Assembly (NCBI RefSeq): GCF_964204645.1
Contig: NC_134032.1
Coordinates: forward strand, 8,420,275-8,484,274
DNA: 64,000 bases
Direction: 5' to 3'
DNA from: Tubulanus polymorphus
Taxonomy: Eukaryota; Animalia; Nemertea
The position numbers and the translations under genes were made by a program. Numbering within the stretch: position 1 is the first letter of the stretch; each line of letters opens with the position of its first letter. The notes beneath the pieces were generated by a model. That model had not been told where the DNA came from, did not search any database, and saw only the letters and a list, made by a program, of their open reading frames with translations. Below, piece by piece: positions 11,026 through 21,500 of the stretch.

Positions 11026-14000
11026 GAACCAGCGGAGGGACTTTGCGTACAATTCGTAGACCGGACTGTCCTTGTATCTCGAAGTTGTTGTTATGTTATA
11101 GAATTTGTAAATAGTGTAAATTTATGTGACAGTTATCCAAATGTAAATAGAGATATCGTTGGCTCGCATGTAAATTCTCATACGGTAGATACATACCCTG
11201 ATGTAAATAGTAACAATCATGTACCTGATGTAACTCCTAACAATTTCATTTCTGATGTAAATAAGCGAAATATTAACACTTCTGATTTAAATAAGCAAAA
11301 TGTAACTAGTACAGCAAACGCAGCAAACATAAGTGAAATTCCTTGTATCAAATCATCATTAAAGTTTTCTACGCTGAATGTATGTGGCCTTATAGCTAAA
11401 CTCGATATCCCAGAATTCTGTGAATTTATTAGCAATAATGACATCACATGTCTAACTGAAACTCACTTAGATGATTTAGACGGTAATTTAGGTTGTAGCT
11501 TGCCCGCCTCCCATATGGCGCACTTTAAAAATAGGAAAAAGTTTTCAAAAAAAGGATCAGGTGGCGTCGGTATCATATATAGGAAGTTTATGAAAAATAA
11601 AATAAAACCAATTTCGACTGACTCTCAGTTTGTATCTTGGTATTTATTAGATAAAGATTTATTTAATCGCGACAAACATGTACTTTTAGGTGTAATTTAT
11701 ATTCCTCCAGAAAATAGTCGTTATTATTCAGAAATAGCTATCAGAGAAATTGAAATAGAGTTATTGCAATTGAAAGTTGAGTATGATTTCAATGTGTTAA
11801 TTTCTGGTGACTTTAATGCTCACACCGCTTGTATGCCAGACTTTTTGGAACCTGATAATCAGATAATTCAAGATGATAACTTAGACCCTATTGTTGACTC
11901 ATTGATTAATTTAGGCGTTCCCACTACTAGAAATAATCAGGACAAAAGAAAGAATAATACAGGCTATCAACTAATAGATTTGTGTAAGAACCATTCATTA
12001 ATTATCCTCAATGGCAGATGTGGCAATGATCAGACAGGTAATTATACTTTTAGGAACACTAGTGTCGTCGATTATTTTGTGTGTGATTTAGAACTGTTTG
12101 GTTATGTTGAGGACTTTGAAATAATGCCTTTTGACCCATTATTATCTGATGGACATAATCCTATTAATCTGTGCGTGTATACGAATTCTAGGGACACCAT
12201 TGCTAGCGATAATGAAAGGGGTAATGAACACGCGAACTTTAAAACTTCAATTAGGTGGGTCAGTACTAGATCAAATCAATTTTTCCTGAATGTAGAATCA
12301 AGATTACGAGATAATGATTTAGATAAGTTACTGTTGGACGGGTTGCAAGATCTAGGAAATCAATCGCCAGATGACATTAATGGACTTACCGATAGATTTG
12401 TATCTTCTTTATTATCAAGTGCTGATGAGTGTAATTTGATGTACCATAGAAAAAGTAGGAAAAGTAATAACTGCAAAAAACCGGTCCGCAACAGATGGTT
12501 TGGCAGGGACTGTAGAGATGCACAGAAGAAATATAATTATATGAAAAAAAGATATAGGGGTTGCCCTACCCTTTCCAATTTTGAATCCCTTAAGAACTCG
12601 TCTAAAAACTATAAAAAGGTCATCCGAGAAAATAAGAAGAAACAAAAGGATGAATTTATTAAGGAATTGAGAGAATGCGAAATTAATAACCCAAAAAAGT
12701 ATTGGTCGATGCTAAACTCTGCGAGCGGAACAAAAAATAATGAGGCTAATATAGATATTGATATTTTTCTTGAACATTTTATGAGATTAAATGATTTGAA
12801 TAATGTTAACAATGAAACCGATGACGGTGATGAGCCCCCAGACGTGGGTGACCATCCTGTCTATGACAATCATATTTTGAACAGTGATATAACCAGTGAT
12901 GAGGTAATTAAGACTATCTCTTTACTCAAAAACAATAAGGCCCCAGGCATTGATGGAATCACGAATGAGCTGTTGGGAGTTAGTCAGTATCCGTTTTTAG
13001 TTGATATATTACAAAAATTATTCAATTTAGTTCTTAAAACAGGATATGTTCCAGAGATGTGGTCTATAGGCGTCATCAAACCCATTTTCAAAAAGAATGG
13101 CGATCCCTCTAATCCTGATAATTATAGAGGTATTACCTTAGTTAGCTGTCTTGGTAAATTATTTACAAGTATCCTAAATCAAAGATTGTCAACATTTCTA
13201 GATACGAATCACATTATAAGTGAAGCCCAGGCTGGCTTTAGATCGAAATATTCCACCATTGATCATATTTACACGCTTAAAACAATCGTAGAGCTGTATC
13301 TTTGTCAGGGAAGAAGACTTTTTTGCGCCTTTGTTGATTTTAAGAAAGCTTTCGACTCGATTTGTAGGGTAAAGTTATGGCGAAAATTAATTGCTAACAA
13401 TGTTAATGGAAACTTTTTCAATGTGGTCAAAAATATGTATAACTCCATAAAATCATGTGTTGAATTAAATGGTTGCACGTCACAATACTTTGCAGCTGAT
13501 AGAGGCTTAAGACAAGGCGAAAATCTCTCACCTATCCTCTTTTCGTTATTCTTAAACGACATTGAAGAATTTTTCATTGATCGTGGAAAACCGACTTTGT
13601 CATTTATAGAAAAACTAAATTTGAATCGTGATCAGGATATTGATACTTTACTGAATTTATTCATAATACTATACGCAGATGATACAGTTATTCTTGCTGA
13701 GGATGAGAAATCTCTTCAGCTACACTTAGATACCTTATTTGAATATTGCGCGGCTAATGGTCTCACTGTTAACTCAGAGAAAACTAAAGTACTAGTATTT
13801 GCGCGAAGTAAATCCCGGATAAAAACGATTTCGAAATTTATGTTTGGTGATCAAGAGTTAGAGGTAGCTGAAGATTATGTTTATCTCGGAGTAAAATTCA
13901 ATTGGAATGGTAACTTTGCTAAGGCAAAAAAGTATCTTTACGATAAAGCTATCAGAGCTATGTTTTCGATCGTTCAAAAAGGCAGACGTTTGAAATTGCC

Positions 14001-14829
14001 CATAGATGTTATGTTTAAATTATTTGATACGTGTGTTGCTCCAATAGCCATGTATGGGTGTGAGATCTGGGGATATGAAAATCTTGATTTATTAGAAAAT
14101 ATTCATTGCTTCTTCTGTAAAATCTTAATGAAAGTGACGAAATACTCTCGCAACTTACAAGTTTTATCAGAGCTAGGACGTTACCCTTTGAATATAGATG
14201 TTAGACGCAGGATGATTAACTTTTGGGTGAAAACAGTATCTGGAAAGCAAACCAAACTTAATTCAATACTCTATAAAATATCTTTAAATTTATTTTTAAG
14301 GGATAAATTTAAGAGCCCTTGGTTATCATATATAAAGAAAACGTTTGATGACTGTGGTTTGTCCTGCATTTGGACGCAGCAATTCATGACTAACAGTAAA
14401 TCTTTTTCAAAACGAATAAAACAGATACTCCGTGACCAGCACCTTCAAGAAACTGTATCTGCCATAAATACTAATCCGATATACACTAACTTTAGGCAAT
14501 ATAAAAATGATATTAGGTTAGAGAAGTATATAATAGAACTTGGTGATGACTTAGGAACTAGTTTATTTGAATTTAGGGTCGGGTCCTATATTTTACCTGT
14601 GAACAAATTTTCAAACCTTCATTTAGACAGAGCCGATAGAATATGCCCCACTTGTAATACTTTAGGTGACGAATCCCATTTTCTGTTTGACTGTACCTTA
14701 CTTAACGAACAACGCAAAAACTTTTTGAATTTGAATACCTTTAATACCCTTGATATTCTGAAAAACCCAACGGTCAACTTAGCTAAATTCATTAAGACCG
14801 GCTTAGATGTTTATAGATCCCTCCAATAG
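11026..14829 (+). CDS. LINE ORF2p: AP endonuclease + reverse transcriptase + C-terminal CCHC; frame open from 11026 with no AUG before the endonuclease
   Basis: Endonuclease motifs LNVCGL (~11375), CLTETH, GDFNAH, VVDY, SDGH. RT motifs YRGITL, FVDFKKAFD, GLRQGENLSP, LYADD, YLG. Later motifs YGCEIWG, ELGRYPL and CPTC...HFLFDC. No stop between 11026 and 14827. First in-frame ATG is at 11515, inside the endonuclease domain. Confidence 0.95.
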   Translation, partial: EPAEGLCVQFVDRTVLVSRSCCYVIEFVNSVNLCDSYPNVNRDIVGSHVNSHTVDTYPDVNSNNHVPDVTPNNFISDVNKRNINTSDLNKQNVTSTANAANISEIPCIKSSLKFSTLNVCGLIAKLDIPEFCEFISNNDITCLTETHLDDLDGNLGCSLPASHMAHFKNRKKFSKKGSGGVGIIYRKFMKNKIKPISTDSQFVSWYLLDKDLFNRDKHVLLGVIYIPPENSRYYSEIAIREIEIELLQLKVEYDFNVLISGDFNAHTACMPDFLEPDNQIIQDDNLDPIVDSLINLGVPTTRNNQDKRKNNTGYQLIDLCKNHSLIILNGRCGNDQTGNYTFRNTSVVDYFVCDLELFGYVEDFEIMPFDPLLSDGHNPINLCVYTNSRDTIASDNERGNEHANFKTSIRWVSTRSNQFFLNVESRLRDNDLDKLLLDGLQDLGNQSPDDINGLTDRFVSSLLSSADECNLMYHRKSRKSNNCKKPVRNRWFGRDCRDAQKKYNYMKKRYRGCPTLSNFESLKNSSKNYKKVIRENKKKQKDEFIKELRECEINNPKKYWSMLNSASGTKNNEANIDIDIFLEHFMRLNDLNNVNNETDDGDEPPDVGDHPVYDNHILNSDITSDEVIKTISLLKNNKAPGIDGITNELLGVSQYPFLVDILQKLFNLVLKTGYVPEMWSIGVIKPIFKKNGDPSNPDNYRGITLVSCLGKLFTSILNQRLSTFLDTNHIISEAQAGFRSKYSTIDHIYTLKTIVELYLCQGRRLFCAFVDFKKAFDSICRVKLWRKLIANNVNGNFFNVVKNMYNSIKSCVELNGCTSQYFAADRGLRQGENLSPILFSLFLNDIEEFFIDRGKPTLSFIEKLNLNRDQDIDTLLNLFIILYADDTVILAEDEKSLQLHLDTLFEYCAANGLTVNSEKTKVLVFARSKSRIKTISKFMFGDQELEVAEDYVYLGVKFNWNGNFAKAKKYLYDKAIRAMFSIVQKGRRLKLPIDVMFKLFDTCVAPIAMYGCEIWGYENLDLLENIHCFFCKILMKVTKYSRNLQVLSELGRYPLNIDVRRRMINFWVKTVSGKQTKLNSILYKISLNLFLRDKFKSPWLSYIKKTFDDCGLSCIWTQQFMTNSKSFSKRIKQILRDQHLQETVSAINTNPIYTNFRQYKNDIRLEKYIIELGDDLGTSLFEFRVGSYILPVNKFSNLHLDRADRICPTCNTLGDESHFLFDCTLLNEQRKNFLNLNTFNTLDILKNPTVNLAKFIKTGLDVYRSLQ

Positions 14830-15334
14830 TATATATAGTATTGTAAATAGTTGATGTATATAATAGTATATATAGTATTGTAAATAGTTGATGTATGTAT
14901 ATATTTCGTTACGTTTTCATTCTCTAAATTTTAATCACTTTAGTCACTTTAGTGTTGTTTTGTAAATATTTGTATATACATGTGTAATAGTTTTTCTCCA
15001 TATACCATGGAAACGGTTGGAGTGTAAATAAATCGTAATCGTAATCGTAACCCCTGGTAAGTGATATCCCGATCCGTCGTTTAGCGCTCGGACACGTATT
15101 TACGATAGATGGCGACAGTAGGCCTATCGCATCATAGACGGCATCAGATTTGAATTTTGATTCGATCTCGGGTTCGAATTTTAGCGACTTCTCAGCGACT
15201 GGTAACATATTCGAGGGTGAATATTGATTCTGTGTGTAGTTAGTGAATTAAAGAATGTAATGTCAGAGGGTGTCATCCACGACAGAAAATAGATAAAAAT
15301 GATGTTAGAAGAAATGCCTGTGTGTGCCCTGCCT

Positions 15335-15359
15335 CCTCTCTCTCTCTCTCTCTCTCTCT
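15335..15359. repeat. (CT)n microsatellite about 200 bp upstream of the EYS start codon
   Basis: Direct reading of a run of about 12 CT units. Confidence 0.85.
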
Positions 15360-15556
15360 GACTCTGTTCTGGGCCTCCTATCTTCAGCTGTCAACTTCTT
15401 CAAAATGTCATCCTTTCACTGTCCGTATCATTTTCACGATCTCCAAGCCAACGTCCGTTGAATAAGTAAGGATTAAAGTTTCAATGGTAATCTTAAGAAT
15501 TTGAAACTACGTGGCTAAATTACGTCCACGTCGAAAACCTCGATAACATTGGAACC

Positions 15557-18500
15557 ATGTGTGGAAAAAGTATAAAAGCTGAATCACTCGGTAGTTTACG
15601 TGGACGCTACGGTTTCATCTACGTTTCAATAATTGTAATATTTGGATTTATTCCCGGCATCGAACCTTACGCATGCAGCGGAGGCCACGCGTCGACGGAA
15701 TGGCGTTCAACGACCGAGGAATTCGTCGTTGATTGGGATTTGACGCGCGTCTGTCGAAACGCGCGCGAATGCTACGGCGCGAACAACACGTCGACTGACG
15801 AGCCGCAGTTGTGTCCGATATACGTGCAAGAGGGCGACACCGTGCGCGTCGTGACGGCGGATGCGAATTTCGCGACCGATGTCGTTAAAGTCTCGTTGAT
15901 CGATTGGACGTACTGCGCGCTCGGCGCCGACGCTGTGGACGTCTCACGCGCGTCAAATTTTACAATGTCAGGCTTGACGTTTTTGTCCCTCGGCGTAAAC
16001 TATTTCACGCAATCGCCGCAGAGGAATAACGCGCAGTTGTTTTTCTGTAAATTCGGGCTTCGCGTGAAGGTCGTGGTTCGCGCGGAGGATTGTGGCACTG
16101 GAGGGGAGTGTTCGCGCAACGGACGATGCGTCGCCGCGGTCACCGACGCGCAGTTCCGATGTCGATGCGACGCGGGTTTTGTTGGCACTTACTGCACGGA
16201 GTACAACGCGTGCGTCGTGAGTCAACCGTGTCGTAACGACGCGACCTGCACCGATATAAAACTGGGGCCGCTTCTGAAAAACTACACTTGCCACTGCCTG
16301 GTACCTTTCACCGGTAAGTTCTAGAACTCGTAGAAATAGAATAAGGCTTCTAAGGAAGCTCTTGTAAAATCTTTTTATTCTATGACTACATGTTCAAAAT
16401 CTAATGATTTCTACTGAATTCATCAGAGAATTCTTCCAGGACTCTACTGGAAGTTTCCTTTTCAAAAATATTCAGCCTAGTTTATAACAACCTACCACTA
16501 CACAATATTGAAGAAATGAATTTTACCACTGTCAAACTCGAACTGCCACCAGCCCATATACTGGTTCTATCCAGGGTTGAGGTTCAGGCCTGTAGAATTC
16601 ATCAATTTCTACCCTAACCCTGTTTTTCGTATAACTGAACTCTTACGGTGGGCTTAGGTCCCCTCGCGACTTCTTGCAAATTGTTGCTATTGGTTGCTGC
16701 GATGGTCTCATTGAAACCAGACTAAAAGATTGGGTTGAGTGCAACAAACTCGTCAGTGATGGTGTGGGTTGCAACTGGGAGAGAAGGTCGTCTAAAATAG
16801 AACGCATTGCAATTCTGGTTTCACTGGCGATCGCAAGGGCTCTATGATTTGCCAGGTCGGTTCGCATCGTGAAATGTCCCCTGATTCCTGTCAGTTATGT
16901 TGTCAGTTCAAAGAGATGAGTTGTCATTGGACCAGCCTCATTTATTTCAAGACGTTTAAATAGGGCTCAAAATAATGTCGACAAAAATATGAAAATGGCA
17001 CTTTCTGTAAAATGAAGGTAGGCCTACAATTTTGTTGTATGTAATTCTTGAAAATGGCATTTTTCTTGTGTAAAGCGTATCAGTGGCCCAATACCAGCCC
17101 TTATTAAGTGCTGATTATAAGTTAACCCATCCTTAGTTTGAAAAATCTTGGTCTAAGTCTCTCGGATATCATCTGGATCCAGCCCTTGTTGATATTAGTT
17201 CATTAGTTACCCATAGCTCTAGAAAAGTGAAACTTTACGCGGAAGCGCGTGATCCTGATCGCTTTAGATTTTCAGTGAAATAAATTTTTTTCTAGGTACG
17301 AATTGTACGGATATTCGAGGCCAGTGCGCGGCTGGTATTTGTGGACATGGAACTTGTCGGAACATGTCGCAAACATCATTCAAGTGCATCTGTAAAAATG
17401 GCAAGTAATCTTATCGAAAACGAAAACTCAGCACGTATCAAAGAACCAAAGTTTAGATAACCAATAGATTGTATTGTCTAGGATGCGCAATATGTCTTTA
17501 GAAAAATTAAGTTGCTTTGAAAATGTTTGAAAATTAAGATTTGGAAAATGTTGATTAAGGATGTTTGAAAAATTTATTTGGAAGGTCTTTGAAATGAGAC
17601 GCAATTTATTTTGAATGGTTAGAATCTTTACAACGCTGGGTATGTTAGGTGTTTGAAAATGCTTTGGTAAGGTCTTAGAAAATGCTCAGAAAATGTTATT
17701 GAAATGTTATTGAAAATTCTTGGAAAAAATGTGTGGAAATGCTTTGGAATGAATGTTTTCTAGAATGTTGGCTATTGTAAGTCCATTGAAATCTATCTAG
17801 GAAAAGACTATTAAACGCTTTGCAGGGGCTTCCTCTCCAGGGCTTGAAAATGCCTTTTTTGTAAGAATGCATTGAACGTACTGAAAATGTTTAGAAATAA
17901 TAATGCAGAGTAAGAATGTTCAGGAACTCGTTCCAAACAGAAAATGCTTTTAAAGATGCTTGATGAAACTCCTTTAATTTGAGCAAAATGACCGAAACCA
18001 CTTTAAAACTCCTTCAATTTTGAGAAATGGTCAATTTAAGTAGACATAATTTCAGGATGTATTGCCCAATTCGGCGGTTACTGAACTAGAAATGATAGGA
18101 ATTTGCTTAGGCCTAATACAAAACCACCGAATTAATGATTTAATGAGATACCGGTTTAGGAGGAGGAGGAGGAGGAGTCTCATTGTGATGAAATGGATAC
18201 AGATATTTCATATTTTCCTCATTTCAATCTCTTTGAAAACTCCACCCGGGAACGACCGATCTGTAGGGACTTTGCTAATGATGCTCGGGGTGTGGGGCCC
18301 TGGGCCCGGTTCCACAGTCGTGAGTTAAGATTTGACCCCGAGTTAAAACATTGAAAATGAACTAATCTTAACTCGGAGTTAACTCTAACCCACAACTATG
18401 GAACCGGATCCTGATGTTTTTGTCGGTATTTTTCGCTTCCAACGTAGCCGCGCTGAGCGTTATTACCACCGATAATGAAAAATGAAAACGCCGGCGGCGG

Positions 18501-21500
18501 CCATTTTACAGCCGTACGTTTACGCCTACAATATAAACACTTCGAGTTTAATTTCCGTGGCAACAAGTCATAACCGCCACGTCTAGTTAATCAAACTAGC
18601 GTGTCGTCTGTTTATCGCTCGCTGTTCGCCGCCGACGGTCTTTCGTGCTACATACAAGAGGCTATTAGCTCTAGTTCATTAATGGCGTATTGATTTTTCA
18701 TAATAATTCTAAGCCACCCTTCTCTCTCTCATTGTAAAGCGATCAAAATCATCGTAGGCCTAATTGAATTTATTGCTGCAACACGAAGGACGAAAACTAC
18801 TTGTACGATAAACGAAGCGCTTGCCACGGAACCGATTGCCTCGGATTATCGCTTGCCTTGCACACTACGAAGCCTACTTGAAAAAGATTATGCGATGCCA
18901 ACCCATTTTCGCTCTGAACGTCCTAGAATTTTCTTGCCTCGGTGAAAACATTACGGACTTTCGAAGACAGCCGTAACTACGCGCGCGCGAGTTCTGATGA
19001 TTATTGCTAGCAACATTTAATTGCATTTCCGAAGCAGTGACATCTTCCTAACGCTTATTATTAGAATATCATTCATAAAATCAAAATTTTGTCGTTACCA
19101 TCATTTTATTTAAGAAATTTGCGAATCGATGATATATAATAAGTATGGGTAGCTTTAAAACATTTGTTTACTTTTTCCGATCCAAAAATTAGCTTTTTTC
19201 GCCATTGATTGTCAATTTATTACGGTAAAAATCACCCGTTTCTCCGTATTACGGAGATTATTACTGGGAAATAGAACTAGCAATCAGAAAAACCATAAAA
19301 TATTGACTGGGTTTGGAAAAAAATGTTCTACTTTTGAGCTCTAAAAACACCATTTCCCAGATTTGACGAAAACCAGTCAAGTCGAAACAAATTGGAGGTT
19401 TACTCAAAGACAGTAGATTCCGTTTATCATATCTTATATGAATGAAAACTTCAGAACATTTGCAACAAGCTTCTCGTTGGTTGTGATGGTATATCTTGAA
19501 AAATAAAAAAGTTTCACACTGGTGAACGTTTTATTTTACGTTCTTTAAAAAAAAAAAACAATGACTCCATTTTGAAAATAACTGGCCATTGTTGCTACGC
19601 TACAAGGTCCGCAACAATTGAAAACAAATTGATGGCAGCCCGTGCAGCGGCCAGATATTACACTATTATGACCGAAATAGTTGGTAATGATCAATCGGTC
19701 CCATGCGTGATCTGAGACAATTGGAGTCCCTACAACTCCTTCAGAACTGAAGATGCTTGTGCTTGAAACTCCTTACATTTCTGCAAAATGCCCAAAACTC
19801 CTTTAAAAAATTACAGTATCAGTTCAATTGTCTTCATCTCAATCGTAGCTGGGAGCCATGTTTTATCTGATCAGAACTGGGTCCTACGACTCCTTGATTC
19901 CTTGAAAATTACTTCTAGGCCTGAAATTTTTTCAAGGTCCTATAAACTATCCTTGAACTTGAGCAGAATGCCCAAAAGTCCTTGCAATTTTGAGAAATAC
20001 ATTATTAGAAAACTTAGGTTTTGGGCCTAGTTATTATACATACAGATTCCACCGAACTAAATGTTTTATTGAGATAAACAGCGGTGATTTACGAGGAGTC
20101 TATATAAATGGGATATGAAAGTAATGGGGATACTCCTCGAAGTTTGAAATTTTCTCCTTGAGAACTCCTTGAAAAATTCTTGAATTCTGGAATGATGATC
20201 AGTGTAGGGACCCTGGTGAAACTAACTAAAAGTGTTTGAAAATTATTATTTGGTCACAGTTTGTATCAGAGTGAATATTCTTTGGACAAAGTTCATCGTA
20301 AGTCGTTGAAATCTGTTGCATTTAAACACAAAGGTTACACAGCATCATCCGCTTAATTGGCAATTCAAATCAATCATAGGCGAAAGCCATTTAGGGTGAA
20401 AGTAAAGAGTGTTGTGGAAGTTGTCACTCGGTCACAGTTTGGACATATCGATTTGAATATTCTTGAGTTCACAGATGTTTACGATCAGTTTTGTTTTGTG
20501 TTAACCAAGAAAGTTCTAAAACACAGTTTCATCAGTTCAACTGTCTTCAAGATTTATCACGATTGTGAGACTAAAGAGGGTTTAAACGTCGACACTCGTT
20601 CGGTCATTGGTTGAGTCGATATTGTGAAAAGTTTTCAGACCGAATTTAACGTAAAACAAGAAAGTTTTACACAAACTGTCCCCTTGATTTTAATTCGTTT
20701 TTTTTTTTAATATTTTGAAAATATTTAGGTTTCGACGGAACGTTCTGCGAACGGAAGATCGTAACCGCGTGTACGAATGATTCTTGTAAAAACGGTGCTA
20801 TTTGTAAGAATACAACAGACTGGCCGCAGTGTTACTGTAAACCAGGTACGTTTTAACTACTGAAAAAAATTATGACAAAACCACCGGTGGAATGAGAAAA
20901 AAAAATATATATGTATATATTTCAATGAAGTTTTTGGCAAAACTCTGGGTCCAGTTCCACAGTTCCGAGTTAAGATTTGACTCTTAAGTTAACTCAATGA
21001 AAATGAACTAACTTGAACTCAGAGTTAACTCTAACTCACAATTGTGGAACTGGACGTATCGGTTCCACTCTGCGCGGTTGCGCCACCATGCGGGATTTAC
21101 GCGAAGCAGCAGAACACAAACATGGCCGCTCTCTCAATTTTCAATGATAGAAATCGTGTGTGCATTTCAATTATTTCGGCTGTTAGGGTTTTAAGGCACA
21201 ATATAAGTTGATGATGTGATATGGCGATGTTAATTAATGATAATTCCGCAGTGAAGCTAGTCACGAACAGTGCCGATTGAGTGTACAGCTGCCAAAAACA
21301 CTGAAATGTGCGTAGTTGCGTAACTATTTGCAGTGAATTGCAGACGAAACATGAAGCCTTAATGGCCGTTTAAAAAAAAATTATACCAATTGCAATTGAA
21401 AAATGAAAATGAGATAGAACCTAAGTTAAAATTCTGGCCATTTCTAAAATGTTATTAATTATTGTTACTAATTTTTAGTCAGTTCCGAACGTTTAGTGTT

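Larger units (their letters stand above)
9755..15051 (+). mobile_element. Full-length non-LTR retrotransposon (LINE), probably RTEX clade
   Basis: Perfect 13-bp TSD CCCTGGTAAGTGA at 9742-9754 and 15052-15064. ~490-bp 5' UTR, ORF1, ORF2, 3' UTR with a ~35-bp tandem duplication, AATAAA, then an (AATCGT)3 tail. Confidence 0.93.

Noticed and set aside
11500-11517. ORF-track start of LINE ORF2 at TTG 11500 or ATG 11515
   Set aside because: Both lie downstream of essential endonuclease motifs (LNVCGL, TETH); the frame is open from 11026.
17500-17960. GAAAATG-rich stretch resembling a structured repeat
   Set aside because: No consistent period or termini; treated as decayed low-complexity sequence.
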